Positions 46,605 through 58,185 of a DNA stretch of 64,000 nucleotides are shown piece by piece. The first letter of the stretch is position 1. Every line of letters begins with the position of its first letter. Source of the DNA: Gammaproteobacteria bacterium. GTDB taxonomy: Bacteria > Pseudomonadota > Gammaproteobacteria > Eutrophobiales > Eutrophobiaceae. The stretch is taken from assembly GCA_965116495.1 (NCBI GenBank), contig OZ220696.1, positions 96,001 through 160,000 of the forward strand. The letters are read 5' to 3'. The notes beneath the pieces are model-generated. The model was not told the origin of the DNA, searched no databases, and saw only the letters and a program-made list of their open reading frames with translations. The translations under genes and the position numbers were made by a program.

Positions 46605-49175
46605 ATGCCTGACGAGATTGCCCGGTCTGTTTTGCCGGTAAATATTGAAGATGAAATGCGTCAATCCTACATGGATTACGCGATGAGCGTCATCGTCGGC
46701 AGGGCCTTGCCGGACGTCCGTGACGGACTGAAACCTGTCCACAGGCGGGTGCTGTTCGCCATGAATGAAATGGGCAATGATTATAACAAGCCGTACAAGA
46801 AGTCCGCCCGTGTCGTGGGTGATGTCATCGGTAAATATCACCCTCACGGCGATTCCGCCGTTTACGACACCATTGTGCGGATGGCCCAGAAATTTTCCCT
46901 GCGTTACGTACTGGTAGACGGGCAGGGCAATTTCGGATCGGTGGACGGCGATGCCCCGGCTGCGATGCGCTATACCGAAGTGCGCATGGCCAGGATCGCG
47001 CATGAGTTACTGGAGGACATAGACAAGGAAACCGTCGATTACATACCAAACTATGACGGCGCCGAACATGAGCCCGTGGTTTTGCCGACACGCCTGCCCA
47101 ACCTCCTGGTCAACGGTTCCAGCGGCATTGCCGTCGGCATGGCGACTAATATTCCACCGCATAATTTAACTGAAGTGGCCAATGCCTGTATTGCGCTGCT
47201 GGAGGACGAAAACCTCAGCATAGAGCAATTGATCGAGTATATACCGGGACCGGACTTTCCTACTGCCGGTATCATTAACGGTTCCCAGGGCATTCACGAA
47301 GCCTACCGCACCGGTCGCGGACGCATTTACATGCGCGCCCGGTCGCATATCGAATCCGATGAAAAATCCGCACAGGACACCATTGTCATTACCGAGCTGC
47401 CCTACCAGGTGAACAAGGCCCGGCTGCAGGAAAAGATTGCGGAACTGGTGAAAGACAAAAAGCTGACCGGTATTCGCGAATTACGCGATGAATCCGATAA
47501 GGACGGTATGCGGCTGGTTATCGAGTTGCGCCGCGGCGAAGTGCCGGAAGTCATCCTTAATAACCTGTACCAGTTCACCGCAATCCAGAGTGTTTTCGGA
47601 ATCAACCTGGTCGCGTTGGATGACGGTCAACCCCGCCTGATGACCCTGAAGGACATGCTGGATGCATTTATCAGGCACCGGCGCGAGGTGGTAATCCGGC
47701 GTACCCTGTTCGAGTTGCGTAAAGCCAGGGCCCGTGCGCACATCCTGGAGGGACTGGCGGCTGCACTGGCCAACATCGACCCGATGATCGAACTGATCAA
47801 GAACTCCGCCACGCCGGCCGAGGCTAAACGCGGCCTGCTGTCGGCGCCATGGCAGCCCGGGGCGGTCGTTGCGCTGCTGGAACGGGTCAGCACGGATATT
47901 TCCAGACCCGATGACCTGCCGGAAGGGTTGGGCCTGGGCGCAGACGGGTATCGCCTGTCGGAGGTCCAGGCCCAGGCCATATTGGAACTGCGCCTGCAAA
48001 AACTGACCGGACTGGAGCAGGAAAAGATTATCAGTGAATACGAGGAGTTGCTGGACCGGATAGGTGACCTGCTTGACGTGTTGGCGCGCCCACAGCGGCT
48101 GCTGGAGGTAATCAGGACGGAACTGGAACAGGTCAGGGAGCAATATGGCGATGAACGGCGCACTGAGATCATCGAAGACCAGCAGGCCCTGACCCTGGAA
48201 GACCTGATCACCGAACAGGATGTGGTGGTGACCTTGTCCCATGCGGGTTACGCAAAAACGCAACCCCTTGATGTTTACCGATCACAGCGGCGCGGCGGCA
48301 GGGGCAAGTCGGCCACTGTTGTGAAAGACGAAGATTTTATCGACAAGCTGTTCATTGCCAGCACGCACGATACCCTGCTGTGTTTCTCCAGCCTGGGCAG
48401 GTTGTACTGGCTGAAGGTGTATGAATTGCCCAAGGCCAGTCGCTCCGCCAAGGGTAAACCTATCGTCAACCTGTTACCCTTGAGTGAGGGTGAGCGCATC
48501 AATGCAGTGTTGCCTATACGGGAATTCAGTGACGATCTTTTCGTTTTCATGGCAACCCGGGACGGTACGGCCAAGAAGACGGCGCTGAAGAGCTTTTCCA
48601 GGGCAAGGCCGAGCGGTATCAGGGCGATTGAACTGGTCGAGGGCAATCAACTGGTGGGTGTCGAACTGACGGACGGTAATGATGACGTTATGTTGTTCAG
48701 CGACGCGGGCAAGGTGATTCGCTTCAGGGAAGCCGATGTGCGCCCCATGGGCAGAACGGCGAGGGGGGTCAGGGGTATCCGCCTGGGTCCGGATGACAAG
48801 GTCATTTCCCTGAACATAGTCAAGGAGGGCAAAGCGGTATTGACCGCCACCGAACATGGCTACGGCAAACGCACCCCGATCGAGGATTACCCGCTGCGGG
48901 GCCGCGGCGGTCAGGGTGTGATTTCCATCCGCACCGACGCGCGCAACGGCAAGGTGGTGGGGGCTGATATGGTCGATAAGGACGATGAGATTATGCTGAT
49001 AAGCGACCAGGGTACCTTGATCCGGATGTCGGCAGGCGAAGTATCGGTTGTCGGCCGTAATACCATGGGGGTAAAACTGGTCAACCTGAATGAAGGGGAG
49101 CGCCTTGCCGGACTTGAACGGGTTATTGAGTACGGAGAAGACAACAACGGTAACGATGTCCCGTCCCCGGCGTGA
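46605..49175 (+). CDS. gyrA: DNA gyrase subunit A
   Basis: [27 protein letters not shown], GyrA box QRRGGRG. Confidence 0.98.
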   Translation: MPDEIARSVLPVNIEDEMRQSYMDYAMSVIVGRALPDVRDGLKPVHRRVLFAMNEMGNDYNKPYKKSARVVGDVIGKYHPHGDSAVYDTIVRMAQKFSLRYVLVDGQGNFGSVDGDAPAAMRYTEVRMARIAHELLEDIDKETVDYIPNYDGAEHEPVVLPTRLPNLLVNGSSGIAVGMATNIPPHNLTEVANACIALLEDENLSIEQLIEYIPGPDFPTAGIINGSQGIHEAYRTGRGRIYMRARSHIESDEKSAQDTIVITELPYQVNKARLQEKIAELVKDKKLTGIRELRDESDKDGMRLVIELRRGEVPEVILNNLYQFTAIQSVFGINLVALDDGQPRLMTLKDMLDAFIRHRREVVIRRTLFELRKARARAHILEGLAAALANIDPMIELIKNSATPAEAKRGLLSAPWQPGAVVALLERVSTDISRPDDLPEGLGLGADGYRLSEVQAQAILELRLQKLTGLEQEKIISEYEELLDRIGDLLDVLARPQRLLEVIRTELEQVREQYGDERRTEIIEDQQALTLEDLITEQDVVVTLSHAGYAKTQPLDVYRSQRRGGRGKSATVVKDEDFIDKLFIASTHDTLLCFSSLGRLYWLKVYELPKASRSAKGKPIVNLLPLSEGERINAVLPIREFSDDLFVFMATRDGTAKKTALKSFSRARPSGIRAIELVEGNQLVGVELTDGNDDVMLFSDAGKVIRFREADVRPMGRTARGVRGIRLGPDDKVISLNIVKEGKAVLTATEHGYGKRTPIEDYPLRGRGGQGVISIRTDARNGKVVGADMVDKDDEIMLISDQGTLIRMSAGEVSVVGRNTMGVKLVNLNEGERLAGLERVIEYGEDNNGNDVPSPA

Positions 49176-49197
49176 TTTTCCGGCGTCAGGGTAAACC

Positions 49198-50298
49198 ATG
49201 CCGGTAAACCCCGTCTATAATTTCAGCGCCGGACCGGCGCTGCTGCCCCGGGACGTGATGGCGAAGGTTCAGGAAGAATTTCTTGACTGGCATGGTCTCG
49301 GCATCTCCATTGCTGAAATGAGCCACAGGAGCCGGGCATTCAAGGGCGTGGCCGAGCAGTCCGTCCGGGATTTAACCGGGTTGCTTGGGGTCCCGGAAAA
49401 TTACCGGATACTGTTCCTGCAAGGGGGCGCTACACACGTGATGAGTATGGCGCCGTTGAACCTGTGCGGCAAATCCGACGGCGCCGATTACGTGGTTACG
49501 GGCGCCTGGTCGGATAAGGCGGCCAGGGAGGCCGGTCGCCTCACAAACGTGAATATTGCCGCCACGTCCGCAGCCTCGAATTTCACCGCTATCCCCGGCC
49601 AGGACGACTGGCGTCTCAGCGAGCGGTCTGCATACCTGTATTATTGCGATAATGAAACGATCGCGGGAGTTGAGTTTCAGTCTGTGCCGGTATTGCCCGA
49701 CGCCAACGAAGATACCGTGCTGGTCTGCGATATGACGTCCAATTTTTTATCCCGTCCCGTGCCGGTGGACCGTTTTGGGCTGATATTTGCAGGCGCGCAA
49801 AAGAATTTCGCCCCGGCCGGTTTGACCGTCGCCCTGGTGCGGGAGGACTTGCTTGGCCGGGCGCGCCCGGACATTCCGGTTTTATACGATTTCAAGGTGC
49901 TGGCGGAACATGATTCCATGTTCAACACACCGCCTGTGTTCAACTGGTACATGGCGGGTCTGACGTTTGTCTGGATCAGGGAGCAGGGAGGCGTGGAACA
50001 GATGCACGAGAACGCGCTGCGTCGTTCAGGCAAGCTGTACGATTTCATCGACAGTCATGATTTCTACAACAACCCCATCGCCGGATCCTGCCGGTCGAGG
50101 ATGAACGTACCGTTCATGCTGGCGGATGCGGACCTTGACGGCGCTTTTCTCGCTGCGGCAGGGGACAACGGGTTGGTTGAATTGAAAGGTCATCGCAGCG
50201 TGGGCGGAATGCGGGCAAGCATGTACAATGGGATGCCTGAAGCCGGAGTGGATACGCTGATTGAATTCATGGCTGATTTTGCCGCCCGCTATGGGTGA
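49198..50298 (+). CDS. serC: Phosphoserine aminotransferase
   Basis: NFSAGPA, EMSHRS, AGAQKN, NTPP, GHRSVGGMRAS.YN. Confidence 0.96.
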   Translation: MPVNPVYNFSAGPALLPRDVMAKVQEEFLDWHGLGISIAEMSHRSRAFKGVAEQSVRDLTGLLGVPENYRILFLQGGATHVMSMAPLNLCGKSDGADYVVTGAWSDKAAREAGRLTNVNIAATSAASNFTAIPGQDDWRLSERSAYLYYCDNETIAGVEFQSVPVLPDANEDTVLVCDMTSNFLSRPVPVDRFGLIFAGAQKNFAPAGLTVALVREDLLGRARPDIPVLYDFKVLAEHDSMFNTPPVFNWYMAGLTFVWIREQGGVEQMHENALRRSGKLYDFIDSHDFYNNPIAGSCRSRMNVPFMLADADLDGAFLAAAGDNGLVELKGHRSVGGMRASMYNGMPEAGVDTLIEFMADFAARYG

Positions 50299-50342
50299 GC
50301 AGGAAAGTTGCGCCAGGGATGGCTTGTACAATATGTAAATTC

Positions 50343-51419
50343 ATGAAAAATTCACAGCTGGAACAATTAAGGAGTGAAATTGATGTCCTGGACGAGCAGT
50401 TGATCGAACTGCTTAACCGGCGCGCGCGCCTGGCGCTGGAAATAGCCGAAGTAAAAAAACAGGTAAATGATACGTTGCCGTTGTACCGGCCTGAACGTGA
50501 AGCGCGGGTCTTGGACCGGGTGAAGAACCTGAATACGGGACCCTTGCCGGATGACGAGGTCGTCAGGCTGGTGCGGGAGGTCATGTCTGCTTGCCTGGCA
50601 CTGGAGGCGCCGCTCAGTATCGCCTGCCTGGGGCCGGAAGGGACATTTACCGAAGCAGCCGCGATAAAACAGTTCGGACAATCGGTTAAACTGTCGCTGC
50701 TGGGCAGTATCGACCAGGTATTCCGGGAAGTCGAAGCAGACGTATGCCAATACGGAGTGGTTCCTGTCGAGAACTCGATTGAGGGCGCGGTCAACCATAC
50801 CCTGGACATGTTGCTGGTTTCCGACCTGAAACTCTGTGGTGAAGTGGAACTGCGCATCCACCAGCATTTACTCAGCCGTTCGGAAAACCTGGAGGATATT
50901 GAAACCGTGTATTCCCACGAACAGTCATTGGCGCAGTGCCGCCACTGGCTCGACACAAACATGGCGGATGTCCGTCGCGTTCCCGTGCCGAGTAATGCGG
51001 AAGCGGCGTTAAATGCCGGTAGTAACGAGAACAGCGCAGCCGTGGCAGGTGAGCGTGCGGCACTGGTTTACGAATTACCCATTCTCAGGAAAAACATTGA
51101 GGATAATCCTGCCAATACCACGCGTTTCCTGGTGATCGGCAAGGAGTCGCTACCGGTCAGCGCTAATGACAAGACCTCGGTATTGTTTGCCATGCCAAGC
51201 AAACCCGGCGCACTGTTGAACATGCTGGCATGTTTCGCGGGGCATAACGTGAATATGACGAGGATAGAATCGAGGCCGTCGCGCCAGGAAATGTGGGAAT
51301 ACGTGTTTTTCGTGGATATCGCCGGTCATGCAGACGATGAACAGGTAGCGCAGGCCCTGGCCGAGTTGCGTGACAGGGCAGCCATGATGAAGCTGCTGGG
51401 GTCCTATCCCGCGGCATAA
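50343..51419 (+). CDS. pheA: Chorismate mutase/prephenate dehydratase
   Basis: LR.EID..D, RPEREA, LGPEGTF, PVENS.EG, NTTRFLV, ESRPS. Confidence 0.95.
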   Translation: MKNSQLEQLRSEIDVLDEQLIELLNRRARLALEIAEVKKQVNDTLPLYRPEREARVLDRVKNLNTGPLPDDEVVRLVREVMSACLALEAPLSIACLGPEGTFTEAAAIKQFGQSVKLSLLGSIDQVFREVEADVCQYGVVPVENSIEGAVNHTLDMLLVSDLKLCGEVELRIHQHLLSRSENLEDIETVYSHEQSLAQCRHWLDTNMADVRRVPVPSNAEAALNAGSNENSAAVAGERAALVYELPILRKNIEDNPANTTRFLVIGKESLPVSANDKTSVLFAMPSKPGALLNMLACFAGHNVNMTRIESRPSRQEMWEYVFFVDIAGHADDEQVAQALAELRDRAAMMKLLGSYPAA

Positions 51420-51531
51420 CTGGTTCAGTAAATGGGGTCAGGTCGCACAATGCACACTATGGTTGAAGTGGCGAAGTATTTCGGAGTCAGTGTGCATTGT
51501 GCGACCTGACCCCATTTACCCTAACTGGTTC
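51417..51531. mobile_element. MITE-like hairpin: perfect 31-bp inverted repeats flanked by a 10-bp direct repeat (family C)
   Basis: GTAAATGGGGTCAGGTCGCACAATGCACACT at 51428-51458 and its complement at 51489-51519; TAACTGGTTC at 51417-51426 and 51522-51531. Confidence 0.85.
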
Positions 51532-51589
51532 CGGTTTCAAGCTGAAACCAGGCCGTCATCAACAAAATAATTGACAGGTACAAGACACC

Positions 51590-52693
51590 ATGACTATTGA
51601 TATCGCCGGATTAGCGACGCCGGGAATTGCCGCATTACCGCCGTACCGGCCCGGCAAATCGGCTGACGACGTGCAGCGTGAGCTCGGTTTGACTGATGTG
51701 ATCAAGCTGGCGTCCAATGAAAATTCCCTGGGTCCCAGTAAAAAAGTACAGGAGGCGCTGAGCGCGGGCGGGTTTGACCTGAACCGTTATCCGGATGGTT
51801 CCGGGTCTTCCCTGAAACGCGCCATAGCGGATTTCCACGGCGTCAGCCCGGAACAGATTACCCTGGGCAACGGTTCCAACGATGTGCTGGAACTGGCGGC
51901 CCGCAGTATTGTGACCAGCGCGCATGAGGTAATCTATTCCGAAAATGCTTTCATTGTTTATCACCTGGCGACCCATGCTATCGGCGCTACTCCCGTCGTC
52001 ATACCCACCCGGGACTACACGCATGACCTGGCGGCGATGCTGGATGCAATCAGCGCGCGCACCCGGCTGATCTTTATCGATAACCCGAATAATCCGACCG
52101 GAAGCTGGATCGGCAGGGACGAGTTACGGTCGTTTCTTGCTTCCGTGCCCGAAGACGTGATGGTGGTGATCGATGAGGCCTATTATGATTATGCCGCTTC
52201 CCTGTGTGATGATTATCCGAATTCAATAGACCTGTTGCCGGAATTTCCCAACGTGGTCACTGCCCGTACTTTTTCCAAAGCCTACGGCCTGGCCGGGCTC
52301 CGGGTCGGTTACGCGATCAGCCATCCGGACATGGCTGATATAATGAACCGGGTAAGGCAGCCTTTCAATGTGAATACCCCGGCCCTGCTCGCCGCGGAAG
52401 TCGCATTGAAGGACCAGGAACACCTGCGCCGCTGTGTCGCAGTCAACGATCTGGGGATGCAGACGCTGACTTCGGGTTTTGCCGATTTGGGGATAGAATG
52501 GATAGACTCCATAGCCAATTTCATCAGTTTTGGCCTGAAACGGCCGGCTGATCCTGTCTACCAGGCCATGATGCATGACGGTATTATCGTCCGCCCCATA
52601 GTTGAATACGGGTTACCCAACCACCTGCGGGTGACTATCGGCCTGGAACAGGAAAACGCCGCATTCCTGAAAGCCCTGGCGCGGGCCTGCTAG
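51590..52693 (+). CDS. hisC: Histidinol-phosphate/aromatic aminotransferase
   Basis: KLASNEN, GNGSND, NPNNPTG, DEAY, RTFSKAYGLAGLRVGY. Confidence 0.93.
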   Translation: MTIDIAGLATPGIAALPPYRPGKSADDVQRELGLTDVIKLASNENSLGPSKKVQEALSAGGFDLNRYPDGSGSSLKRAIADFHGVSPEQITLGNGSNDVLELAARSIVTSAHEVIYSENAFIVYHLATHAIGATPVVIPTRDYTHDLAAMLDAISARTRLIFIDNPNNPTGSWIGRDELRSFLASVPEDVMVVIDEAYYDYAASLCDDYPNSIDLLPEFPNVVTARTFSKAYGLAGLRVGYAISHPDMADIMNRVRQPFNVNTPALLAAEVALKDQEHLRRCVAVNDLGMQTLTSGFADLGIEWIDSIANFISFGLKRPADPVYQAMMHDGIIVRPIVEYGLPNHLRVTIGLEQENAAFLKALARAC

Positions 52694-52736
52694 ATATCGG
52701 TTCGTTACCCGGCCTTAAAATTGACCTGGTAGAAGC

Positions 52737-53609
52737 ATGCTGTTTGAAAACATAAGCATTATCGGATTGGGCCTGATCGGGGGTTCGCTGGCGCGGGACC
52801 TGAAGCGATTCTCCCTGTGCGGGACGGTCACCGGTTTTGGCCGGCGTGAGGCAGCCCTGCAACAGGCCGTTGAAGATGGGGTCATCGATCGGTACAGCCT
52901 TGACATCCGGGAGGCAGTCGGCGGCGCTGATGTTGTCGTTCTGGCTACGCCGCTTTCCACCACTGAGACCTTGTTGAAAGAAATGTCGGATGAGTTAAAG
53001 CAGGGGTGTATTATCACCGACGTCGGCAGCGCCAAGGGCGTGGTAGTTGCGGCGGCGAGAAAAATCATAGCTGATCGACTCCCGTATTTTGTCCCGGCGC
53101 ATCCCGTTGCCGGCACTGAGAAAAGTGGCGTCGAGGCATCTTTTGCCGGATTGTTTGAAAAGCACGTCGTGATCATTACACCCCTTGCCGAGACGGACCC
53201 CGGCGCCAGGGAGGCCGTTGCCGCAATGTGGCGGGGGGTGGGCGCCACCGTTGTCGACCTGGAGGTCGGCCACCATGACGAGGTGCTGGCGGCAACCAGC
53301 CACCTGCCCCATGTGCTGGTTTATACCCTGATTGATTGCCTGGCGCGTATGCAGGACAAGGAAGAGATTTTTGCTTACGCAGCGGGTGGTTTCGCAGACT
53401 TCACCCGGGTGGCATCGAGCAGTCCCGAGATGTGGCGTGATATCTGCCTGGCCAACGGGACGGCATTACTGGCCGTTCTGGACGGGTTCGAGCAGCGCTT
53501 GCACGGGGTGAGGCAGGCGATTGCACGGGGAGACGGTGAGTGCTTGATGGAAATTTTCTCCCGGGCCAAACAGGCCAGGGACACCTTTGCCGAAGCCAAA
53601 GGGCGTTAG
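52737..53609 (+). CDS. tyrA: Prephenate/arogenate dehydrogenase
   Basis: IGLGLIGGS, TDVGSAK, HPVAGTE, HD..LA..SHLPH, TRVASS.PEMW.DI. Confidence 0.93.
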   Translation: MLFENISIIGLGLIGGSLARDLKRFSLCGTVTGFGRREAALQQAVEDGVIDRYSLDIREAVGGADVVVLATPLSTTETLLKEMSDELKQGCIITDVGSAKGVVVAAARKIIADRLPYFVPAHPVAGTEKSGVEASFAGLFEKHVVIITPLAETDPGAREAVAAMWRGVGATVVDLEVGHHDEVLAATSHLPHVLVYTLIDCLARMQDKEEIFAYAAGGFADFTRVASSSPEMWRDICLANGTALLAVLDGFEQRLHGVRQAIARGDGECLMEIFSRAKQARDTFAEAKGR

Positions 53610-53637
53610 CACGCATGTCTCACGGGGTAGCGTGCCG

Positions 53638-54993
53638 ATGACTGACATTTCCAGGATGGGGGAAAGTGGCGCCGGGGCCAGGATTGATTACCTCGTTAAT
53701 CCGGTGAGTGCCGCTTTATCGGGGAAGATACGCGTTCCCGGGGATAAATCCATCTCACACAGGGCAGTGATACTGGCATCGCTGGCGCAAGGAGTCAGTG
53801 ATTGCAGCGGTTTCCTGGACAGCGCCGATACCCGGGCAACCATTACCGCCTTCCGCCAGATGGGGGTGCGCATCACACAAGAAGATGAGTTCCTGACCGT
53901 TGACGGGGCAGGGCTGCACGGTCTGTCGGCGCCGCCGGGTATCCTGGACCTGGGCAATTCCGGCACTTCGGCGCGCCTGTTGCTGGGTATCCTGGCCGGG
54001 CAACGGTTTGCCTCCACTTTATCCGGCGATGAATCACTGTTGCGCAGGCCGATGCGGCGCGTGGCAGACCCGCTCAATATGATGAACGCCGATGTACGCA
54101 CCACTCCCGGCGGGACCCTGCCCGCGCAGGTAACGGGCAACAGGCGCCTGCGCGCGATTGAATATGAGCTGCCTGTTGCCAGCGCCCAACTGAAGTCGGC
54201 GTTGTTGCTGGCAGGTTTGTACGCCGAGGGTAAGACCGTGATTATCGAACCGGCGCCGACGCGTGATCACACGGAAAGATTGCTGGCGCATTTTGCCCAC
54301 CCGGTCACGCGCGCCGGTAACCGGCTGGCCATTGAGCGCGGCGTATTGCAGGCAGGCCGCCTGCGTATTCCCGGTGATATTTCATCTGCCGCTTTTTTCC
54401 TTGCCGCGGGTTGTGTCGTTCCCGGTTCGGACCTGGTCATCGAGGGAGTCGGGATCAACCCCACCCGGCGCGCGGTAGTGGACATTCTCAATATGATGGG
54501 GGGTGATATCAGCATCACCAATGTTATTGATGGAGCAACCGAACCCCTGGCGGACCTGCGGGTGAAATACCGGCCCCTGCGCGGTATCACCATCCCCGGC
54601 GCGCTGGTGCCGGTCGCCATCGACGAGTTTCCGGCAATCATGGCGGCAGCCTGTTATGCCAGCGGCGAAACCGTACTCACGGATGCGCGTGAATTGCGTG
54701 TAAAAGAGAGCGACCGTATCCAGGCCCTGGCGGACGGCCTTGCCGGAATTGGCATCGCCGTGGAGACCCGGCCTGACGGATTGTGTGTGACCGGCGGGCG
54801 TCCCCGTGGCGGCGCAGTGGACAGCCGCGGCGACCACCGTATCGCCATGGCCTTCTCCCTGGCCGGCCTGGCCGCGCAGGGACCGATCACCGTCAGGGAC
54901 TGTGACAATGTAGCGACGTCGTTTCCCGGATTTATCGATTGCGCCCGGCAGGTCGGCTGGGAAATACGTGAAGAAGCAGTAATTACGAATTAG
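53638..54993 (+). CDS. aroA: EPSP synthase
   Basis: PGDKSISHR, GNSGT, SAQLKSA, RDHTE, LRVKESDR, DHRIAM. Confidence 0.96.
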   Translation: MTDISRMGESGAGARIDYLVNPVSAALSGKIRVPGDKSISHRAVILASLAQGVSDCSGFLDSADTRATITAFRQMGVRITQEDEFLTVDGAGLHGLSAPPGILDLGNSGTSARLLLGILAGQRFASTLSGDESLLRRPMRRVADPLNMMNADVRTTPGGTLPAQVTGNRRLRAIEYELPVASAQLKSALLLAGLYAEGKTVIIEPAPTRDHTERLLAHFAHPVTRAGNRLAIERGVLQAGRLRIPGDISSAAFFLAAGCVVPGSDLVIEGVGINPTRRAVVDILNMMGGDISITNVIDGATEPLADLRVKYRPLRGITIPGALVPVAIDEFPAIMAAACYASGETVLTDARELRVKESDRIQALADGLAGIGIAVETRPDGLCVTGGRPRGGAVDSRGDHRIAMAFSLAGLAAQGPITVRDCDNVATSFPGFIDCARQVGWEIREEAVITN

Positions 54994-55143
54994 GAATTAC
55001 GAATTACGAATTACGAATTAAGTGATTTACCTGTGACAGTGAACTCATAAAAGTAACAGCGTTAATAACTTGTATAATGGAAATATGCATCGATTCCTAA
55101 TTCCTAATTCGTAATTCCTAATTCCTAATTCCTAATTCGTAAT
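54981..55143. repeat. Inverted heptamer tandem arrays (AATTA[C/G]G)n ... (C[C/G]TAATT)n around a ~72-bp AT-rich spacer
   Basis: About 5.7 units at 54981-55020 and about 7 complementary units at 55093-55143. Confidence 0.9.
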
Positions 55144-55840
55144 GATAATCCCCCCGGTCATAACCGTAGATGGTCCAAGTGGCACCGGCAAGGGTACGCT
55201 GTGCAGCCGTATCAGCCGCTGGTTGAACTGGAACCTGCTGGACAGCGGCGCGCTGTATCGTATCCTGGCCCTGTTGGCGCAAAGGAAAAATATCGCCGTT
55301 TCCGATGCCGCAGGGGTCGCCGCGCTGGCACAGGGGATCGATGTTCAATTCATATCCGTTGACGGAGACGAACCGGTACAGGTCATTCTGAATGGAGAGG
55401 ATGTCGGTGCCCGGATACGCCCGGAAGATTGTGGCAATGCGGCTTCAACCCTGGCTGCGCACGGCCTGGTACGCGAGGAAATTCTGGGCTGGCAAAGGGA
55501 TTTCCAGCGCCCCCCGGGTCTTGTAGCAGACGGGCGCGATATGGGCACCGTGGTTTTCCCGGATGCCGAATTAAAGGTATTTTTGACGGCGAATCCGCTG
55601 GAGCGGGCAAAAAGACGATATAAACAGTTGAATGCAAAAGGGATTAATGTTAGATTCTCGCAACTTGAGGGGTCTATCGCCGAACGGGACAAGCGTGATA
55701 AGCAACGCATTCTCTCTCCTTTGAAGCCGGCGGATGATGCTGTTGTAATTGATACGTCCGATAAAGGGCGGGATGACGTATTTGCACAGGTAGTGGAGAT
55801 TATAGGAGATCGCTTTGATATATCAGCTATACGGACATAA
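55142..55840 (+). CDS. cmk: Cytidylate kinase
   Basis: TVDGPSGTGKGT, LDSGALYR, DGRDMGTVVFPDA. Confidence 0.96.
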   Translation: MIIPPVITVDGPSGTGKGTLCSRISRWLNWNLLDSGALYRILALLAQRKNIAVSDAAGVAALAQGIDVQFISVDGDEPVQVILNGEDVGARIRPEDCGNAASTLAAHGLVREEILGWQRDFQRPPGLVADGRDMGTVVFPDAELKVFLTANPLERAKRRYKQLNAKGINVRFSQLEGSIAERDKRDKQRILSPLKPADDAVVIDTSDKGRDDVFAQVVEIIGDRFDISAIRT

Positions 55841-55874
55841 TGTTATACATTAAATTTAAGAGATAACTTTTTAT

Positions 55875-57557
55875 ATGACTGAGAGTTTTGCGGAATTATT
55901 CGAACAAAGCAAGGTAGAGGCAAAAATGCGTCTTGGTTCCATTTTGAACGGGACAGTTGTTGATGTTTACCAGGACAACGTAATAGTCAGTGCCGGCTTG
56001 AAATCTGAGTCATGGATACCCATAGACCAGTTTTTCGACGAAAAAGGAGAACTCGAGGTTTCCATAGGTGACGAGGTCGAAGTGGCCCTGGACGCCATAG
56101 AAGATGGCTACGGCGAGACCCGGTTATCGAGAGAGAAGGCAAAACGACTCCTGGCATGGAATAACCTGGAGCAGGCCCACGACTCTGATGAAACTGTCAC
56201 AGGTGTGATTACGGAGCGGGTGAAAGGTGGTTTTACCGTTGACGTTGAAGGCATCAGGGCATTTTTGCCGGGGTCGCTTGTAGACGTCCGGCCTGTCAAG
56301 GATACGGTTTACCTGGAAGGTAAGCCGCTTGACTTCAAGGTAATCAAGATCGACCAGAAACGGAGTAACGTGGTGGTGTCGCGCAGGGCTGTGGTGGAGA
56401 GTGAAAACATTGCAGAGCGGCAATCCCTGATTGAGAAACTCAAGGAAGGTATCACCGTAAAAGGCGTGGTTAAGAATCTCACGGATTATGGCGCATTCCT
56501 GGACCTTGGCGGCATCGATGGCCTGCTGCATATCACCGACATGGCCTGGAAACGGGTAAAAGACCCGGCTGATATCGTCAATATCGGTGATGAGATCGAA
56601 GTCAAGGTTTTGAAGTTTGACCGTGAACGCAACCGGGTATCCCTGGGATTGAAACAAATGGGGGATGATCCCTGGGGTGATTTGACCAAACGCTTCCCGG
56701 AAGGTTCGCGCTTGCACGGGTCGGTGACCAACCTGGCCGATTACGGTTGTTTCGTCGAACTGGAAGAGGGTGTCGAAGGATTGGTACATGTCTCTGAAAT
56801 GGATTGGACGAATAAGAATATTCATCCTTCGAAACTGGTGCAGACGGGCGATGAGGTAGACGTCATCGTATTGGATATCGACCAGGAACGCCGGCGCATC
56901 TCACTGGGAATGAAACAATGCCAGCCGAATCCCTGGGAAGAGTTTGCCGCCCTGCATAACAAGGGAGACAGGGTCCGGGGTCAAATCAAGTCCATCACCG
57001 ACTTCGGCATCTTTATCGGCTTACCTGGCGGAATAGACGGGTTGGTGCATTTATCCGACGTATCCTGGGTTGACGAGGGTGAAGATGCGCTGCGAAATTA
57101 TAAAAAAGGAACACAGCTTGAAACGGTCGTGCTCGCCGTTGATACCGAGAGAGAGCGTATTTCCCTGGGGATTAAACAACTGGAAAGAGATCCGTTCACC
57201 GCTTATGTGGCTGAGAATCCCAAGGGTGCAGTGGTCAGCAGCAGGATTCTGGCCGTCGAGACAAGGAATATTATCGTTGAACTGGCCCAGGGAGTTGAAG
57301 GGCAGTTAAAAATATCTGAGCTGTCAGGGGATAAGAAGGCCAGGGATGCAAAAAACAGTGGGCTGAAGGAAGATGATGAAATAGAAGTGAAAATCACCGC
57401 GGTAGACAGGAAAAAGCGTACCATTTCCGTGTCGGTGAAGGCTAAAGAATCGGATGAAGAATCAGCTGCAATCAAGGAATATACTCCTGACTCTTCATCT
57501 GGAGCAAAATTGGGCGACTTGCTGAAGAAGCACTTGGATAGTGGGGGCAGTGATTGA
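55875..57557 (+). CDS. rpsA: 30S ribosomal protein S1
   Basis: [10 protein letters not shown], tandem S1 domains ([21 protein letters not shown]). Confidence 0.98.
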   Translation: MTESFAELFEQSKVEAKMRLGSILNGTVVDVYQDNVIVSAGLKSESWIPIDQFFDEKGELEVSIGDEVEVALDAIEDGYGETRLSREKAKRLLAWNNLEQAHDSDETVTGVITERVKGGFTVDVEGIRAFLPGSLVDVRPVKDTVYLEGKPLDFKVIKIDQKRSNVVVSRRAVVESENIAERQSLIEKLKEGITVKGVVKNLTDYGAFLDLGGIDGLLHITDMAWKRVKDPADIVNIGDEIEVKVLKFDRERNRVSLGLKQMGDDPWGDLTKRFPEGSRLHGSVTNLADYGCFVELEEGVEGLVHVSEMDWTNKNIHPSKLVQTGDEVDVIVLDIDQERRRISLGMKQCQPNPWEEFAALHNKGDRVRGQIKSITDFGIFIGLPGGIDGLVHLSDVSWVDEGEDALRNYKKGTQLETVVLAVDTERERISLGIKQLERDPFTAYVAENPKGAVVSSRILAVETRNIIVELAQGVEGQLKISELSGDKKARDAKNSGLKEDDEIEVKITAVDRKKRTISVSVKAKESDEESAAIKEYTPDSSSGAKLGDLLKKHLDSGGSD

Positions 57558-57588
57558 GCCTTCGCACAAACAATGCGAGACTAGGGCA

Positions 57589-57870
57589 ATGACCAAATCT
57601 GAACTGATTGAAGCTTTAAGCAGGCGACAGCCGCAGTTTACATCTAAAGACGTAGAATCAGCAGTAAAAACAATCCTCGAGTCCATGGCCCAGAGTCTTG
57701 CAAGTGGGGACAGGATTGAGATTCGGGGATTCGGCAGCTTTTCATTACACTATCGGCCACCCCGGGTCGGTAGAAACCCCAAGTCCGGCGAAGCTGTTTC
57801 CCTGGCGGCCAAGTATGTCCCTTATTTCAAACCGGGAAAGCAAATGCGGGAGCGGGTGGATCAGGATTAA
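57589..57870 (+). CDS. ihfB: Integration host factor beta
   Basis: [28 protein letters not shown]. Confidence 0.96.
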   Translation: MTKSELIEALSRRQPQFTSKDVESAVKTILESMAQSLASGDRIEIRGFGSFSLHYRPPRVGRNPKSGEAVSLAAKYVPYFKPGKQMRERVDQD

Positions 57871-57903
57871 GCCGTTTTTCCACGACGTGCCATAATCCAT
57901 TTG

Positions 57904-58185
57904 ATGTCCATTATTAAATACGCGCTGATCCTGCTTGTTGTCCTGGCTGGATTGGCGTTCCATGTCCGCAACGGGCAACAGGTCGTGGTCGATTTCTACC
58001 TGGGAAGTTTTGATCTGCCGTTATCAATGGCGCTTGCCGTCGCTCTGCTGTGCGGGGCGATACTGGGTGTTTTGTCCGGTTTGCCGGCATGGTTAAAACT
58101 GAAGCGCGACAAACTAAAACTCAACAGGCAGCTCAAGGCATATCAACCGGACTCGCAGACCCCAGAAGAACAATCCACAGATTAA
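57904..58185 (+). CDS. lapA: LapA-family membrane protein
   Basis: Two TM helices with F.V.N.Q.V.VDFYLG; position after ihfB. Confidence 0.8.
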   Translation: MSIIKYALILLVVLAGLAFHVRNGQQVVVDFYLGSFDLPLSMALAVALLCGAILGVLSGLPAWLKLKRDKLKLNRQLKAYQPDSQTPEEQSTD

